The notes below the pieces were generated by a model. The model saw only the letters and a list, made by a program, of their open reading frames with translations. It was not told the DNA's origin and did not search any database. A stretch of DNA of 64,000 bases, from assembly GCA_039621445.1 (NCBI GenBank), contig CP154954.1, positions 34,507,737 through 34,571,736 on the forward strand, in the 5' to 3' direction. This DNA comes from Euglena gracilis (taxonomy: Eukaryota). Positions 23,701-35,400 of the stretch are shown here, one piece after another (the stretch's first letter is position 1; the number at the start of each line of letters is the position of its first letter). The translations under genes and the position numbers were made by a program.

Positions 23701-25000
23701 TGAAAATGGCATGTCAGATGAAGCCACATGCTATGGCTTGGGCCTCCGTTACGCCGTCAGCCGCCACAAGGACGCTCATACCAACAAGGGAATTCCAGGC
23801 CCTGATGCAATGGTCCCTGGGTGCTCCGGTTGTTTCGCCTTCAGATGCCTGTCCCGGGTGCCCTCGGTGCCACAACCCCTTGGACGCAAGAGGCCATCAC
23901 CTCGTTTGTTGCCACCGGAACAACATTGTTCGGCGACACGGGGCGGTGCAGTCCTACATCCTTGGGCTGGCCCAAAAGGCAGGTTTCCCGGCCAGAAGAG
24001 AGGAGAGTGCCCCTGATGGTTCCCGCCCGGGCGACGTATTTGTGATGCGATATGATGCAAACGGTCCGGCGGCAATCGATGTGACCGTTCGCCACCCCCT
24101 TGCACCTTCCCGCGTACGGCCAGGATTGGAAGACCTTGGGAAATGGCATGAGAGCCAGGAGGAAGACAAAATCAAAAAGTATGGAGACGGTTGTAAGCGC
24201 AGAGGGTGGACGTTCATCCCCTTTGTCCTCGATTGCTACGGAGGAATGGGGGAGGCAGCGCTTGCCTTTGTTGGAAACTGTGTTCACTTGCTTGCGGGAC
24301 AACATGACGCATGGGAGAGGCGAGCAGCGGAGGCAAACTGCTGGCCAGGAAGAAGCATGGCCCTTGCCAGAGAACTGGCGAAACAGCTCGTGTGGGGCCA
24401 ATGCCCTGACGACCTCAACGAAGGAGGTGGCATGGACACTCACCACCCATACAGCACATGAGCTACCCCTTCGGGCTCCACTATCCCGAAGCAACCCCTC
24501 CGCCTCCGGCGGTGCTTCCTGAACTAGCGGAGGCCCGGAAACGGCCCGCCACGCACAGCCAAGGGGGCAGCGAATCGGGACCATGCCATGATATATAAGG
24601 AATGCCCCCTGCAACAACCAAGAACCAATGCAGCACGTCGGAGCTGCAACGACGCCCCCGAGGAGCCGCAGGGCGTGAAAGACAGCTGAAGCCGGAATCA
24701 CCGGCCCACCCGTCATCAACACCCAGACCTTAAACGGCACCGAGCCCTGCCACCTCCCCATTGCCTGCCCAACCACTCTGACTCACGTGGACGAAGAACT
24801 CCGGAAGCTGATCAACAGCGGCCTCACCTCGCGCCTTATACTGTTCTCTTTGCTCGCCCCTTTTACCTTCCCTCCCTTCACCAGCGTGCACAGACTGTTG
24901 CCTCTGTACATAGCCTTACTCCCCTGAACTCTTCAAATCCAGTAGGCTGTGCCACTGGTCGGTGGATTCGGTTCGCCCCACCACCGTTCGGCAGGTTGCA
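20727..25000 (+). mobile_element. E2: CRE-like retrotransposon lacking its 5' end; 2A - RT - CCHC - RLE - 3' module A
   Basis: 2A GRGDSLLTSGDVESNPGP at 21114-21167; ORFs 20721-21575 and 21597-24461 are in frame and separated by one TGA; module A at 24935-24986. Confidence 0.9.
21114..24461 (+). CDS. E2 2A-RT-RLE protein (in-frame TGA at 21573-21575)
   Basis: SAAGPSGLKP; RPIASGECLRRL; DFRNAFN; GVQQGDP; WYLDD; LPVRLGGLG; CPRC..HHLVCC..RRH; RPGDV..IDVTV. Confidence 0.9.
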
Positions 25001-26541
25001 TTTTGAGTGTCTATTCTGAGTGTCTATTTTTTTCGTCTGCATAATCACCATGGCTGCAAAGTGGCCGGATGGCCCTCCAGAAGACCCTAAGACTCAAGAC
25101 AATACACCCCTTGTCAATCAAGCTGCTACCACAACCAACCCTTCAAGTACACCTACTGTTGCAGTGGACACTGGACAGTTGGAGCTGCTGGCCAAGATGT
25201 TGTTGCCGCTGTTGGTGCCGGTGCTAACCACTGCTGTGGCCCAACGACTCACTGTTGACCGCCCTGTACATAGTGACAGAGAAAGTCAAGACAGCAGCTC
25301 ACAGAGAAGGAAGAGGACATGGCAAGAGAGGGAAGAGCATGAAGAGTACCTACAGAGAAGGTTTGGAAGAGATTACAAGCCCCCATGGCAGAGAGGTCGA
25401 CCCAGTTATCATATATCTCAACAGAGTTCTCCACAGCCCCAGCTCCATCAGCAAGTGAGTCTGGGGCCCCCCTGTACAGCAAGCCCATCAGTGGGCATTC
25501 CACAGTCAGGCCCATCAGTGAGCATTCCAATGAACAGCCCATCCCAATGCCCACCAGTGGGTAGAAGTCAAGTATGTCCATCTGTCACATCAATCATACA
25601 AATGTACATTCCATCACAGAGCAACCTTTGGGGTGAACCCCTGCAATCTCAGCAACCACTGCAATCAAACTGGAGCAGAGAAGATGACCAGAGGAAGAAT
25701 TGGACCAGAGAAGAAGAGCAGAGAAGGAGAGAGGCTGAACTCTTCAGAAGCCTCAGAGCCTTTCTCAGCACAGGCCAGAGTACACAAGTCCGCCCCTCCC
25801 AACACCATTACACAACCCTGGCCTGCCAGCACCCTTAATCCCAGATGTGGTACTGGCATCACCATCAGCCTTCCAATATGGTTTTCTGCCTGCAGCTTTC
25901 CCTTTTGTCTCACAAAGTCCCCCCCAAAGAGGGGACAACTCAACACAATACCTTCACCCAGTAAAACAAGTGGATCAAGAATTTCATCCCAAGGCAACTC
26001 CAAATCAAAAGGAGTCAGCAAAACAACCCCCCCCCACCCAAAATAGGAGGATCATCAACCCCAGCCAAATGCAACCCCAAAAAATCTCAGCACCAGCCCC
26101 CCAATATCAGCCCCCCCTGCAAGAGGGGGGGGGGGCCAGGCCCACCATTTCGCATTTTTAAAATTCCAACAAAACCCACCATGTTTGATGGCACACAGTG
26201 GGCCAAACTGGGCACAGTGATCCTGCAGGAGGAACCCAGCCCCTTTCAATGGCAAGACCCCCCCCAGGCAACTGATTTACCAGCCTCCCCACCCAACACC
26301 CCCCTGGAAGGGGTCCCAGTTTGGGAAACACCAGAGTTTCGGTCCCTCAGGGAAGAATTTTTTTGGAGAAGGCGCATGAGACAGCAAGCAGGAGGCATTT
26401 TATTTCACGAGAAGGTCGCCAGAAAACTGGCAAACATTCAGGAAAAGTGGGTCGACATTGGCAGAACAGTGGACATTCGGCAGTCACAAAAAATGGTGCA
26501 CACTGACATGAAACTCACGTTGCCACTGGCAGCGCCAAAAG

Positions 26542-28707
26542 TTGTGCAATCGCCCCCCCCCACCAAAAAAGAACCTCACCCTGGAACGGATCAGAATCGC
26601 CCAAATTCTTCATCAATACCGACCAGAGGAACAACGTGAGGAGGGACTGGACATGTCGCACATAAAAAACGTACGCCGAGCTATCGCACAAAAAATCAAA
26701 CAAAAAGTGCCAGCAGCAGAAGCAGTCCGCCCCCCGAGGACAAAGAAGAGGCTGACACCCTCCCGAGAACCAACCCTGCCCATTGCCTGGCGATACTGCC
26801 CAAGAATTTGGCTGATGGATGACATGCCCAGACCGTTACAGTTTGCGTGTGAGGTTGGATTGGCTGATCGTCTTTCCCCGTCTGTGTGGACCACCAGCGA
26901 TCTTGATGACTCAAATGACTCCCTGTCGGACTATTACTCTTGTGCTGCCACAAAAAATTTCCACATGGCAGAAACAGTTGGCACCATACACCTCTGCACT
27001 GCATGCCCACACGGGGGGAAGAAGCCGGAAGACGCATATCTGAAGACGGGGCGAGGTGATTCCCTGACAACAATGGGTGATGTGGAAACCAATCCAGGCT
27101 CGCTGACGGCATTTAATGGACCCTGTGGTGAAGTCATGGATCTATTGGACCAACTTGTTGCCATGAACATGACTGATTTCTTTCGGATCAAGGCTGAAAT
27201 ACCACTGCGGCAAGGCCCCGATGGCTCCTCCCGTTCACTTCTTCCCAAAGCTACATACTGGCTGAAATGCACTTTGTGTGACATTGAAACCATCACTGCC
27301 TCGGCAGGTTGGTGCCTGCACCACAGGGAAACCTGCCCTGTTTTTTCAGCCACAGTATATCCATCTACTGAGACAGCAAAAGTACACTCCGTAACAAGCC
27401 GAGGATACACCCAAGAACAAGCTCGGGAAAAGTTTTCAGAAGGACACCAGCCGACTGGAAGGGGGGAACGAATCACCACCCATGGTGACGTCCAAACACA
27501 ACCAGGGCCCATCTACTTCCGTCTGGCCACCATGGAAAGACCGACAATCCCTATCTCCAGGGGACTTCAAGAAAATTTCATTCGGCACAGACTGCTGGCG
27601 AGCCTTCAAGAGGTGGATGCAGAACTTCAAACTTTCCGAGACACCTTCCCTTCCGATGTCCTTGTTGAGGACGCTACCGTCTATGAGCTCACCGAATGTT
27701 GGGAAGTTTTGAGAGGAGTTCTGTTTGTGCTCATAGGGCTATGGCCACATCGACCACCACGTCACGACTCCCCATCGAGTGTGCATGCCATTATGTGGTT
27801 GCTGACCTGTTTATGGTCCGAAGTATGCAACATCGGCGAGGCCTTTCACTTCTACCTGCCCCCTATTCACCTAATGACACTACCCAACGTTCTCCGGCCG
27901 AGAGGCACTTTCCCCAGAGTACCTCCAACGGAGCCCTCCTCGTCCGACCTCTGCCCATTGAATGTACACACCGTTGATATCCTGGACATCATGGCCTTGT
28001 TACGTCCGACAAGATCAGTAGTTTCAGTTGACCGTCACATCCGGAGGGCACGACGGACAGCACAAAGACGACCAAACCACCAACGAGGTGACATAGGCCG
28101 TAACAACGCTGTCATATCCGAGAGGCCCACACACCAAGATGTCACACTTTGTGGTGACGTTCACCTCGAGCCAGGACCTATTTATCGGATAACCCCTCGT
28201 GAAGGACCCCTATCCATGCGACCTAGCACCCGGCCCCATTGCCGACGACCAACCAACCAACCAGGGCCTTCTAAGTTGTCAGATGTGGCCCCAGGGCACG
28301 CCAACCACGTACGGCAACCGATTGACCAGGAAAAAACGCGGTATGGGTACAGTCCTCCCCGATGTGGCAGGGGCAAAAGCCTTGCCAGTTGTGGCGACAT
28401 TGAAAGCAACCCAGGTCCCACAGAAACCCGCCCTCCCCAGCAGGAGGACGTCGAAATGGCCTCAGCCGCACAGACCTCTGCTGTGCCGCCGACGGAGGTA
28501 CCACTCCTTGGATCTTGGTTTCCAATGCACTCAACGCCGCTGCTCTCGCCTACTTTGTCCCAGGCTATAATGCCGTTTCCCAGTTTGAACGGGGGCCCCG
28601 GGGCACCTGCAGCTGAACAAATCATGGTCATTGACGAACTAGAGTCCCGGGTGCGCTCAGCGATTTCCGAAATTCACGGGTGTGCGCGCCACAGGGCCAG
28701 GGGTTGA
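26542..28707 (+). CDS. E3 polyprotein middle region with four 2A-like motifs and a C2HC Zn finger
   Basis: GDVETNPGS (27049-27102), GDVQTQPGP (27457-27510), GDVHLEPGP (28126-28179), GDIESNPGP (28366-28419); CTLC..H...C. Confidence 0.75.
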   Translation: MCNRPPPPKKNLTLERIRIAQILHQYRPEEQREEGLDMSHIKNVRRAIAQKIKQKVPAAEAVRPPRTKKRLTPSREPTLPIAWRYCPRIWLMDDMPRPLQFACEVGLADRLSPSVWTTSDLDDSNDSLSDYYSCAATKNFHMAETVGTIHLCTACPHGGKKPEDAYLKTGRGDSLTTMGDVETNPGSLTAFNGPCGEVMDLLDQLVAMNMTDFFRIKAEIPLRQGPDGSSRSLLPKATYWLKCTLCDIETITASAGWCLHHRETCPVFSATVYPSTETAKVHSVTSRGYTQEQAREKFSEGHQPTGRGERITTHGDVQTQPGPIYFRLATMERPTIPISRGLQENFIRHRLLASLQEVDAELQTFRDTFPSDVLVEDATVYELTECWEVLRGVLFVLIGLWPHRPPRHDSPSSVHAIMWLLTCLWSEVCNIGEAFHFYLPPIHLMTLPNVLRPRGTFPRVPPTEPSSSDLCPLNVHTVDILDIMALLRPTRSVVSVDRHIRRARRTAQRRPNHQRGDIGRNNAVISERPTHQDVTLCGDVHLEPGPIYRITPREGPLSMRPSTRPHCRRPTNQPGPSKLSDVAPGHANHVRQPIDQEKTRYGYSPPRCGRGKSLASCGDIESNPGPTETRPPQQEDVEMASAAQTSAVPPTEVPLLGSWFPMHSTPLLSPTLSQAIMPFPSLNGGPGAPAAEQIMVIDELESRVRSAISEIHGCARHRARG

Positions 28708-31700
28708 TTGAGAATTTTGTGCCGTCCTCACCACAAGGGCAAGAGCAAGAATGCCAAAATGGTCGAAGGCCGCAGCCCCCCGTGGTTCCAGCACCAGCGC
28801 AATCCTCGATGAACGCTGATACGCTGCAAGTCACTCCCTTCTCGCAACCTTGCCCACCAATGCAGCCATCTTGGGAAGAAATTTCCCAAGACACTCGGGG
28901 CACGTTGGTCCATATCCCACGGGGAGCGTTGCGAAACGTTGGGCTCGCCTTCTGCAGCACCCTCAGTCGCTTTGTGTCAAAGCCAGGATGGGAGACCCTA
29001 CACGCACTTTGGTGCTTCCCAAAAGCTGTGCTTGCTCCATTGAAGCGGAGCGGGAAAAGCCATTGGGCTGCAGTTGGACGGAAAATTACTGAGAGAGCCA
29101 ATGCCTACCTCAACCGGTCCACAGAAGATTCGTGGGATGAGACTCGCCAAATTCGCGATGCACAAAACCCAAAGAAGAGAACACGAAGTCAGACAAAAAA
29201 TTTCGATGCTGAAAGCCAAGAAAGATTGTGCAACCGTGTTCAAAGCCTTGTCAGCCATGGGGCGGTCAGTAAAGCCTGCCGCATGCTGACTTCTGATGGA
29301 ATCCAAGATGCAGACGACCCGCTAATCTTGGAACGGTTGGCTGCCTTGCACCCTCCTGAACCCCAACCTGGAAGGCAAAATCTGCCTCCGGACTTCCCTC
29401 GCCTCGAATTCGATCTCAGTGAAGATGCAACCAGGGAGCGCCTAATTGAAATACGGAAAGCAGTCATGTCTTTCCCGAAGGAGTCCTCACCAGGACCGTC
29501 TGGACTTCGTCCAGATCATCTTAAAGACATGCTCTCTGATCCCCTGGGGACACAATCAGAACAACTCCTCACAATTTTGGACCAATTCGTCCGAACATGT
29601 TTGACAAACGGAATCCACAACTCTGCGGCATGGATTTTCGCTGGTGCCCGTTTGACTCCTCTTCGAAAACCCTGCAATCCAAGCGAAAACCTTGATGAGC
29701 TTGGCAATACCAACCCCATTCCTGACCCAAAGAAGGATGGCACGCGACCAATTGCAGCTGGGGAATGCCTGCGCCGATTGGTGGGCAAATATTTGATGAG
29801 GCACCCCAAAATCAGGGACCGCCTTAAAGAACTGCAGCCACTACAATGCGGTGTAGGGGTCCAGGGGGCATGTGAACTCATTGCTATGGGACTGCAGCAA
29901 GAAGTAAATCACCTGCACATGCAACAGGACAGCACCTGGGCTTTGTTACAGGTAGATTTCAGCAATGCTTTTAATTGCGTAAAAAGAAAGACAGTCCTTG
30001 CTGAAGTGGCTAAACGCTGCCCGGAGGCGTACGTTTGGTTCGAGAGTTGCTACGCCGAACACAGCCCGCTCTTTTGTGGGTCATCACACCTTCGGAGTGC
30101 CTCTGGCGTACAACAAGGGGACCCTTGTGGCCCAGCCGGATTCGCCTTGGCGTTGCAATCTCTCGTCGAGTCCTTGCAAGACGTGGTGCCACTGCAATTG
30201 TGTTATTTGGATGATGGACACATCCTGGGAACCCTCCCACAATTACATGCAGCAATTACAGAAATTCAACGACAGGGGACGCTACTAGGCATACACCTCA
30301 ACGCAAAAAAATGCCGCATGTGGGGCCCTGCAGCAACAGAAGCCAATCGTGCTGAAATGCCGCCAAACAGCCCACTTCGTGCAGTCCCAATCGTGAACTA
30401 CTCCCCTAATTCTGGTATACGGGCCCTGGGAATCTCGGTATGCCATCCACAAAGCGGTGGCTTTGCGGGGGAAGTGTGGGCTGAACGTGCAACAGGTGTG
30501 CAGAAAGCTTGCCGGGCCCTTTTGAACCTGCCGCAAGCCCATATTCAGTTCTGTCTCTTACGAACCTGCCTAGATGCATGCAAAGTTAATGACCTCATGC
30601 GTGCAACAGAACTGGGGCAGGCAAATGACGCATGTGCTCTGTTGACCAAAGAAATCAGGAACACAATGAGCAACATTGTTGGATCCCCAATCGATGACAA
30701 CCAATGGGCTCAGGCCACCCTACCCGTGCGTCATGGCGGACTCGGAATTCGGGACCCATCACTGGAACGTCTCCCAGCACGTATATCCGGCATTGTGACG
30801 TTTGTCAGCAATGGCAGACGCACCCTGGGCCTGGCAGACCGAGGAGTACCGAAAGACACTGCGGAGTGCCTGTCCTCTGCCAACTCCATCCTCGAAGGAA
30901 CTCCCCCAACGCAAACATGGGCCGCGGATGTATCACTGCTGAACGAAGCCCAAAGCCCTCACATTCAACAGAAGTGGTGGGGTGAATGCTTTGCGAAACA
31001 ACGACAAAAAGTATTATCCTCTAACCTTCACGGTCAAGACGCCGTCCGGTTCGCAAGCCAACAGCAGCCCCACGCAATGGCCTGGGCTTCTGTCACACCA
31101 TCCTCTGGACTGAAAACATTGGTCGCTTCTGCCGAATTCAAAGGATTTCTAAAGTGGTCACTGGGAGCACCAGTTTGTCCACCAACGGGATCAACGTGCC
31201 CACGCTGCACCAAGCCAATGGACAACCTGGGTAATCACCTTGTATGCTGCAGCTCAAATGGCATCACGCGGCGACATGGTGCAATCCAGGACTTTGTGTT
31301 CCAACTGGCACATGATGCTGGATTTACTGCAAAAAAAGAACAAGGAGGTCCAGAGAGAACACGCCCGGGCGATGTCCTCATCAGCAGACTTGACGCCAAT
31401 GGTCCTGGAGCAGTGGATATCACAGTGAGACACACAGCAGCACCGTACAGACCGTTGCGTGACACAGCTGAACTAACTGAATGGTATGAACGCCAAGAGA
31501 AGGAAAAACATTCAAAATATGACGCCACCTGTGGGAGGATGGGATGGACCTGCATTCCATTTGTTGTTGACTGCTATGGCGGCCTAGGCCAAGAAGCGCT
31601 AACCTTAATGTCAACACTGATGAAACTTCTCCTCGGTCAACAAGATGCATGGTCAAAAGGCAAAACTGAAGCCGACACATGGCAACTTCTATCAATAACT

Positions 31701-31802
31701 ATTGCGCGAGAGATCGCGCGACAAGTAATCTGGGGACGGTATGCAGGCAACGACACAGATCCAGAAGTAACCAACACCATACACCAGCCGTATTGTCTGT
31801 AA
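28680..31802 (+). CDS. E3 reverse transcriptase + CCHC + RLE (uninterrupted 1040 codons)
   Basis: SSPGPSGLRP; DFSNAFN; GVQQGDP; YLDD; CPRC..NHLVCC..RRH; RPGDV..VDITV. Confidence 0.93.
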   Translation: MCAPQGQGLIENFVPSSPQGQEQECQNGRRPQPPVVPAPAQSSMNADTLQVTPFSQPCPPMQPSWEEISQDTRGTLVHIPRGALRNVGLAFCSTLSRFVSKPGWETLHALWCFPKAVLAPLKRSGKSHWAAVGRKITERANAYLNRSTEDSWDETRQIRDAQNPKKRTRSQTKNFDAESQERLCNRVQSLVSHGAVSKACRMLTSDGIQDADDPLILERLAALHPPEPQPGRQNLPPDFPRLEFDLSEDATRERLIEIRKAVMSFPKESSPGPSGLRPDHLKDMLSDPLGTQSEQLLTILDQFVRTCLTNGIHNSAAWIFAGARLTPLRKPCNPSENLDELGNTNPIPDPKKDGTRPIAAGECLRRLVGKYLMRHPKIRDRLKELQPLQCGVGVQGACELIAMGLQQEVNHLHMQQDSTWALLQVDFSNAFNCVKRKTVLAEVAKRCPEAYVWFESCYAEHSPLFCGSSHLRSASGVQQGDPCGPAGFALALQSLVESLQDVVPLQLCYLDDGHILGTLPQLHAAITEIQRQGTLLGIHLNAKKCRMWGPAATEANRAEMPPNSPLRAVPIVNYSPNSGIRALGISVCHPQSGGFAGEVWAERATGVQKACRALLNLPQAHIQFCLLRTCLDACKVNDLMRATELGQANDACALLTKEIRNTMSNIVGSPIDDNQWAQATLPVRHGGLGIRDPSLERLPARISGIVTFVSNGRRTLGLADRGVPKDTAECLSSANSILEGTPPTQTWAADVSLLNEAQSPHIQQKWWGECFAKQRQKVLSSNLHGQDAVRFASQQQPHAMAWASVTPSSGLKTLVASAEFKGFLKWSLGAPVCPPTGSTCPRCTKPMDNLGNHLVCCSSNGITRRHGAIQDFVFQLAHDAGFTAKKEQGGPERTRPGDVLISRLDANGPGAVDITVRHTAAPYRPLRDTAELTEWYERQEKEKHSKYDATCGRMGWTCIPFVVDCYGGLGQEALTLMSTLMKLLLGQQDAWSKGKTEADTWQLLSITIAREIARQVIWGRYAGNDTDPEVTNTIHQPYCL

Positions 31803-32401
31803 AGAAGACCACGACGACCCCTAGACACAGAACAAACAATTGTCCTTAAACCATCCACAACTCGTCAAAAAAGTAAACAACAGTACCCAACCATCAGCAA
31901 CCTGTGTCTCACATTGGCAAGAGAAGTGGCCCGCCAGCTGACTTGAGGAACAGTGGCGGAGCCATCTGGAACGGTGGATCCCACCACCCATTGCCCATAT
32001 GAAACGGAGTGAGCAATTTGACCACAGGGCCGAAGACGCCATGACACACCAACCGTACGCATAACCAACCACGAGACTAATTTAACCAAAAAACAAGCAA
32101 ATCACACCTTGCAACGAATGGACCAAGTCTACAAAGACGTCCAAACCCTTACCTCACCGAAAACAGAGCCTTCCCTGCGCCAACTCCCCAAAACCAAAAC
32201 TTGTCGCAGCCACAACCTCAACACCCAACAGTCCCCATGGCCGTTCCATTGAACCTTCCCTGCCGCTGTACACTTTCCTCTCACACTCGCTATCCCCCCT
32301 CCGAACTGTGCCCTTCACCGCCGTTCTACTTCACCCTCGCCTCTCCCCCCTCCCACCTTGAGAACTTGCTATGTGCATTACTCTCACCCGCACAGGACTT
32401 C

Positions 32402-35400
32402 GGATTTTGAGTGTTCGAGGGTGCGAGGCTATACACAACGAAGGAGTGTGGGTCGAGCGGTGAGAGCAAGGGCAAAGCCCAAGCAGAGAGTGATGGGTGG
32501 AGAGGTGTGAAGTGTGCATGCGCGGTGTTCTCCGGCTTTGTGGCTCCGGAAGGCTGGTGCAACGGGGAGCATTTTCACCTTACGAGTTCAGGATCATACG
32601 ATCTGTGGCTCTTTCGGCCAACCGCAGCTGCCGTGCAACTGCACGGGCCAGTGTGATGGCCAAGTTTTCGGTCAATTCCTGAAATTTTCGTTGTTTGGCT
32701 GTTCCAGAACATGAATTGGTCGCGAGGCGTAGGACATCGCGTAGGAGTTTGGAGGCTGCCGGTCCTGTGCACCCCCAGGGGTTAAATGCAGCCCCAATGT
32801 ACTCCCACTGGTGGCGGGCGCACCGTTCTTCAGCTTGTGTTCTCTTGTGCATTTCAGCGTCTGGTAGAGTACGCTGAACTCGGGTCAAGTTCAGAGGCCA
32901 CCGTGATGGGGCCAGCGGGTGTTCAATGGTGACATCAACAGCGAGATGCTTCCCTTTGTTCCACCCCAGGAGGAGGAGATCAGCGTCACGGGTGCCACCC
33001 TCGCATCCCTGTTCTTTGCGAAGAGTGATGCCTGCGCGTTGGCACAGGTCAAAAATGGCGTAACGAACACAGTTGTGCCTTTCTGTTATGCCATTCCTTC
33101 TGCAAGCCAGGAGGTGATCGCCAAATGGATCGACTGCCTCAGCACACAGGGGGCACAGAAGCATGTCCGTTGTTGGGATCAGGGGTAAGCCAGTCCAGAA
33201 GCGTAGAAGCAGTCTGTATTCGTCCGGAGCTAGGACGGTATTCACCGACCTGGATGGTAAGACGGTCATCCAATTTTGAAGGAAGGCAGAGGACTGGCAA
33301 CGAAGCCTGGCAATGTCCCGAAGAGGTGCACCGTCCTCCAAAGTTGCCACGCGAACGGCGTGGAAACGTTCGGCCCACCACGATTGAGTGGAGTGATCTG
33401 GGGTGGAACAGGCCAAGGAAGAAGGGTTGGCGATCCAGGAAGCCAATGGTTCGCTGTGCGGGCCCAAGGTGTCACGAGCCAGTTGGGCGACGGGGATGGT
33501 ATCTGGTAGCGGGAGCATGCGCCAGGGCGGAGGGATATTGAAGCCGGGCGCTCGTTGGGAAAAACCCACGCAAGCAGCCAAACGGGCAGCTGGTCTTTCC
33601 AACTGGGGGTCTGTGATGCCCCACCCTGTCTTATTGCACGGCAAGGTGATTTGTTTCCAATGCAAGGTAGACTGGGGTGCCCCCACAATGTCACAGGCAG
33701 CACTCCGGATGGAGTCGGAGATCACTTGCACACTGTGCGTCCCGGAGGAAATGTTTGTCTGACGCAGAAGGTGCGTGACGCGGCAGCCATCCAGAAAGTT
33801 GCGCAGCAAACAATGTTGGAGTTGGGGATCCGGCAGTTGTTGGAGGCGCGAGATGGTAGCTTGAAATTTTTCGGATGCCTTGGCCCACGTGGTGTCAGAA
33901 AAGGTGCAGTCACCAGGATAGTCGCAAGGTACCCCTAGGCACAGGATGCCACTGCCCGGTCCCCATGGGGTGACCGGGAAGTTTTGTGCAAGGTGGTCGG
34001 GAGGCAGGATCTGAAGAGCCGGGGGTTTCGGAGTGGCACAGGGTACACCTGGTCCCCATAAGGCACACTTGGAGGGGTTGAGGTGGAGCCCAACGCTGCC
34101 AAGTGCCGTGGCCAGAGAAGCCGTGAAAGGCAGAACATCAACGGCAGGGCCGATGACAGTACCGTCGTCCAAGTACCACGCCTGCCACACCGTGTTGGGC
34201 AAATTGGCCGAAGCCTGTTGCAGCGCCTGATGGAGACCCAAGGCAAAGGCAATGGGCCCACATGTGTCCCCTTGATGGACACCGGTCCTGCTGTGACACA
34301 GCACGTCACCCTGGCAAAGAAGTGGGACGTCTTCTCCGTAGGAGAATCGGAGCCAGTTGTAAAGGGACGGGCAGAGGTCCAGGGATGCCTGCAGGAACGC
34401 GGATCGATCAATGGTGTTGAAGGCGTTGGAAACGTCGGCCTGGAAAACCACCCAATCGCCATCCACTGGCAGAGACGCCAGTGCGGCCTGTACCGCCAAC
34501 CCGACTGTCTCCGCACCGTAGCGCACCCCCACTCCCAATTGCTGCGGGAACAGCTGAGACGTTTCCGCTTTGCACTGCGGGTGTCGCAACAGCATTTTCC
34601 CAATGAAGCGCCGCAGGCAATCCCCCACGGCGATCGGCCGTAGACCGCCACCCTTTTTGGTAAGTGGGATCAGGTTTGACGTACCAAAAAAGATCGAGGC
34701 TTTTGCTGGCAAAGAGCCCTCCCAGGCCTTCTGAGCCAGGGACCCCAAGGCTATGTGTAGCGGGCCTGTCCCGGCCTCACGGTCCAACAAGTCCCGAAGG
34801 TCTTGTGGACGGAGACCAGATGGGCCGGGGGCGCTGCCACGGGGGAAAGAGGCTGCAGCTTCTTGCACAATTGAAGACCAGTTGAAGTCAGTAGTTTGTG
34901 GAGAATTGCCTGCCCCAGGCAGCGGCAAACTGGCTCGTAATGGAGACCCCTGTGGATGGAGCGACAGGAGCTTCTGCATCACTGCTGGATCCCCGGGCGA
35001 TGCCAGGGGCAAAGAGGTGAGAGCGTCCACGGCCTTGCCGAGGGCCCCTTCTTCAACGAGTCCGCGCACCCGGTCCATAAGACCACGTGCCACAGAGTCA
35101 GAAGTAGAGCCAGAGGGGTTGGCGCGGGTGGTGGGCCGCTTTCGCCGTCTGTCAGAGCGAAGCGGATCAAACAGAGCGGCAAACTCTCCTGCGTGCCACT
35201 GTGCCAGTCTCTTTTCCAGGAGGCAATGCAATGTGTGTTGATGGGAAGACGAGGTTTTGGGAGGGGCACCAAGAACGAGTTTCGGAAAAATGAACAGGCG
35301 GTGTAGAGCTTCCCAGGTTTGGGCTTGGAGAAAGGTCTGAATGGAGGATGCAAGGGCGTCACAAATTGCGTGACGACTTGGCAGTGGGATACGGCGAAGA

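Larger units (their letters stand above)
25011..32401 (+). mobile_element. E3: apparently full-length CRE-like retrotransposon with SL at the 5' end and four 2A-like motifs
   Basis: SL ends at 25035, ATG at 25050; ORF pieces 25050-25838, 26181-26639, 26542-28707, 28680-31802. TTTTGAGTGT on both flanks (25001-25010 and 32405-32414). Confidence 0.9.

Noticed and set aside
24930-24986. Module A as the 3' half of tRNA-Sec (CTTCAAATCCAGT resembles a UCA anticodon arm)
   Set aside because: There is no 5' half, no convincing T arm, and CTTC is not conserved in all copies. Worth an Infernal check but not supportable by eye.
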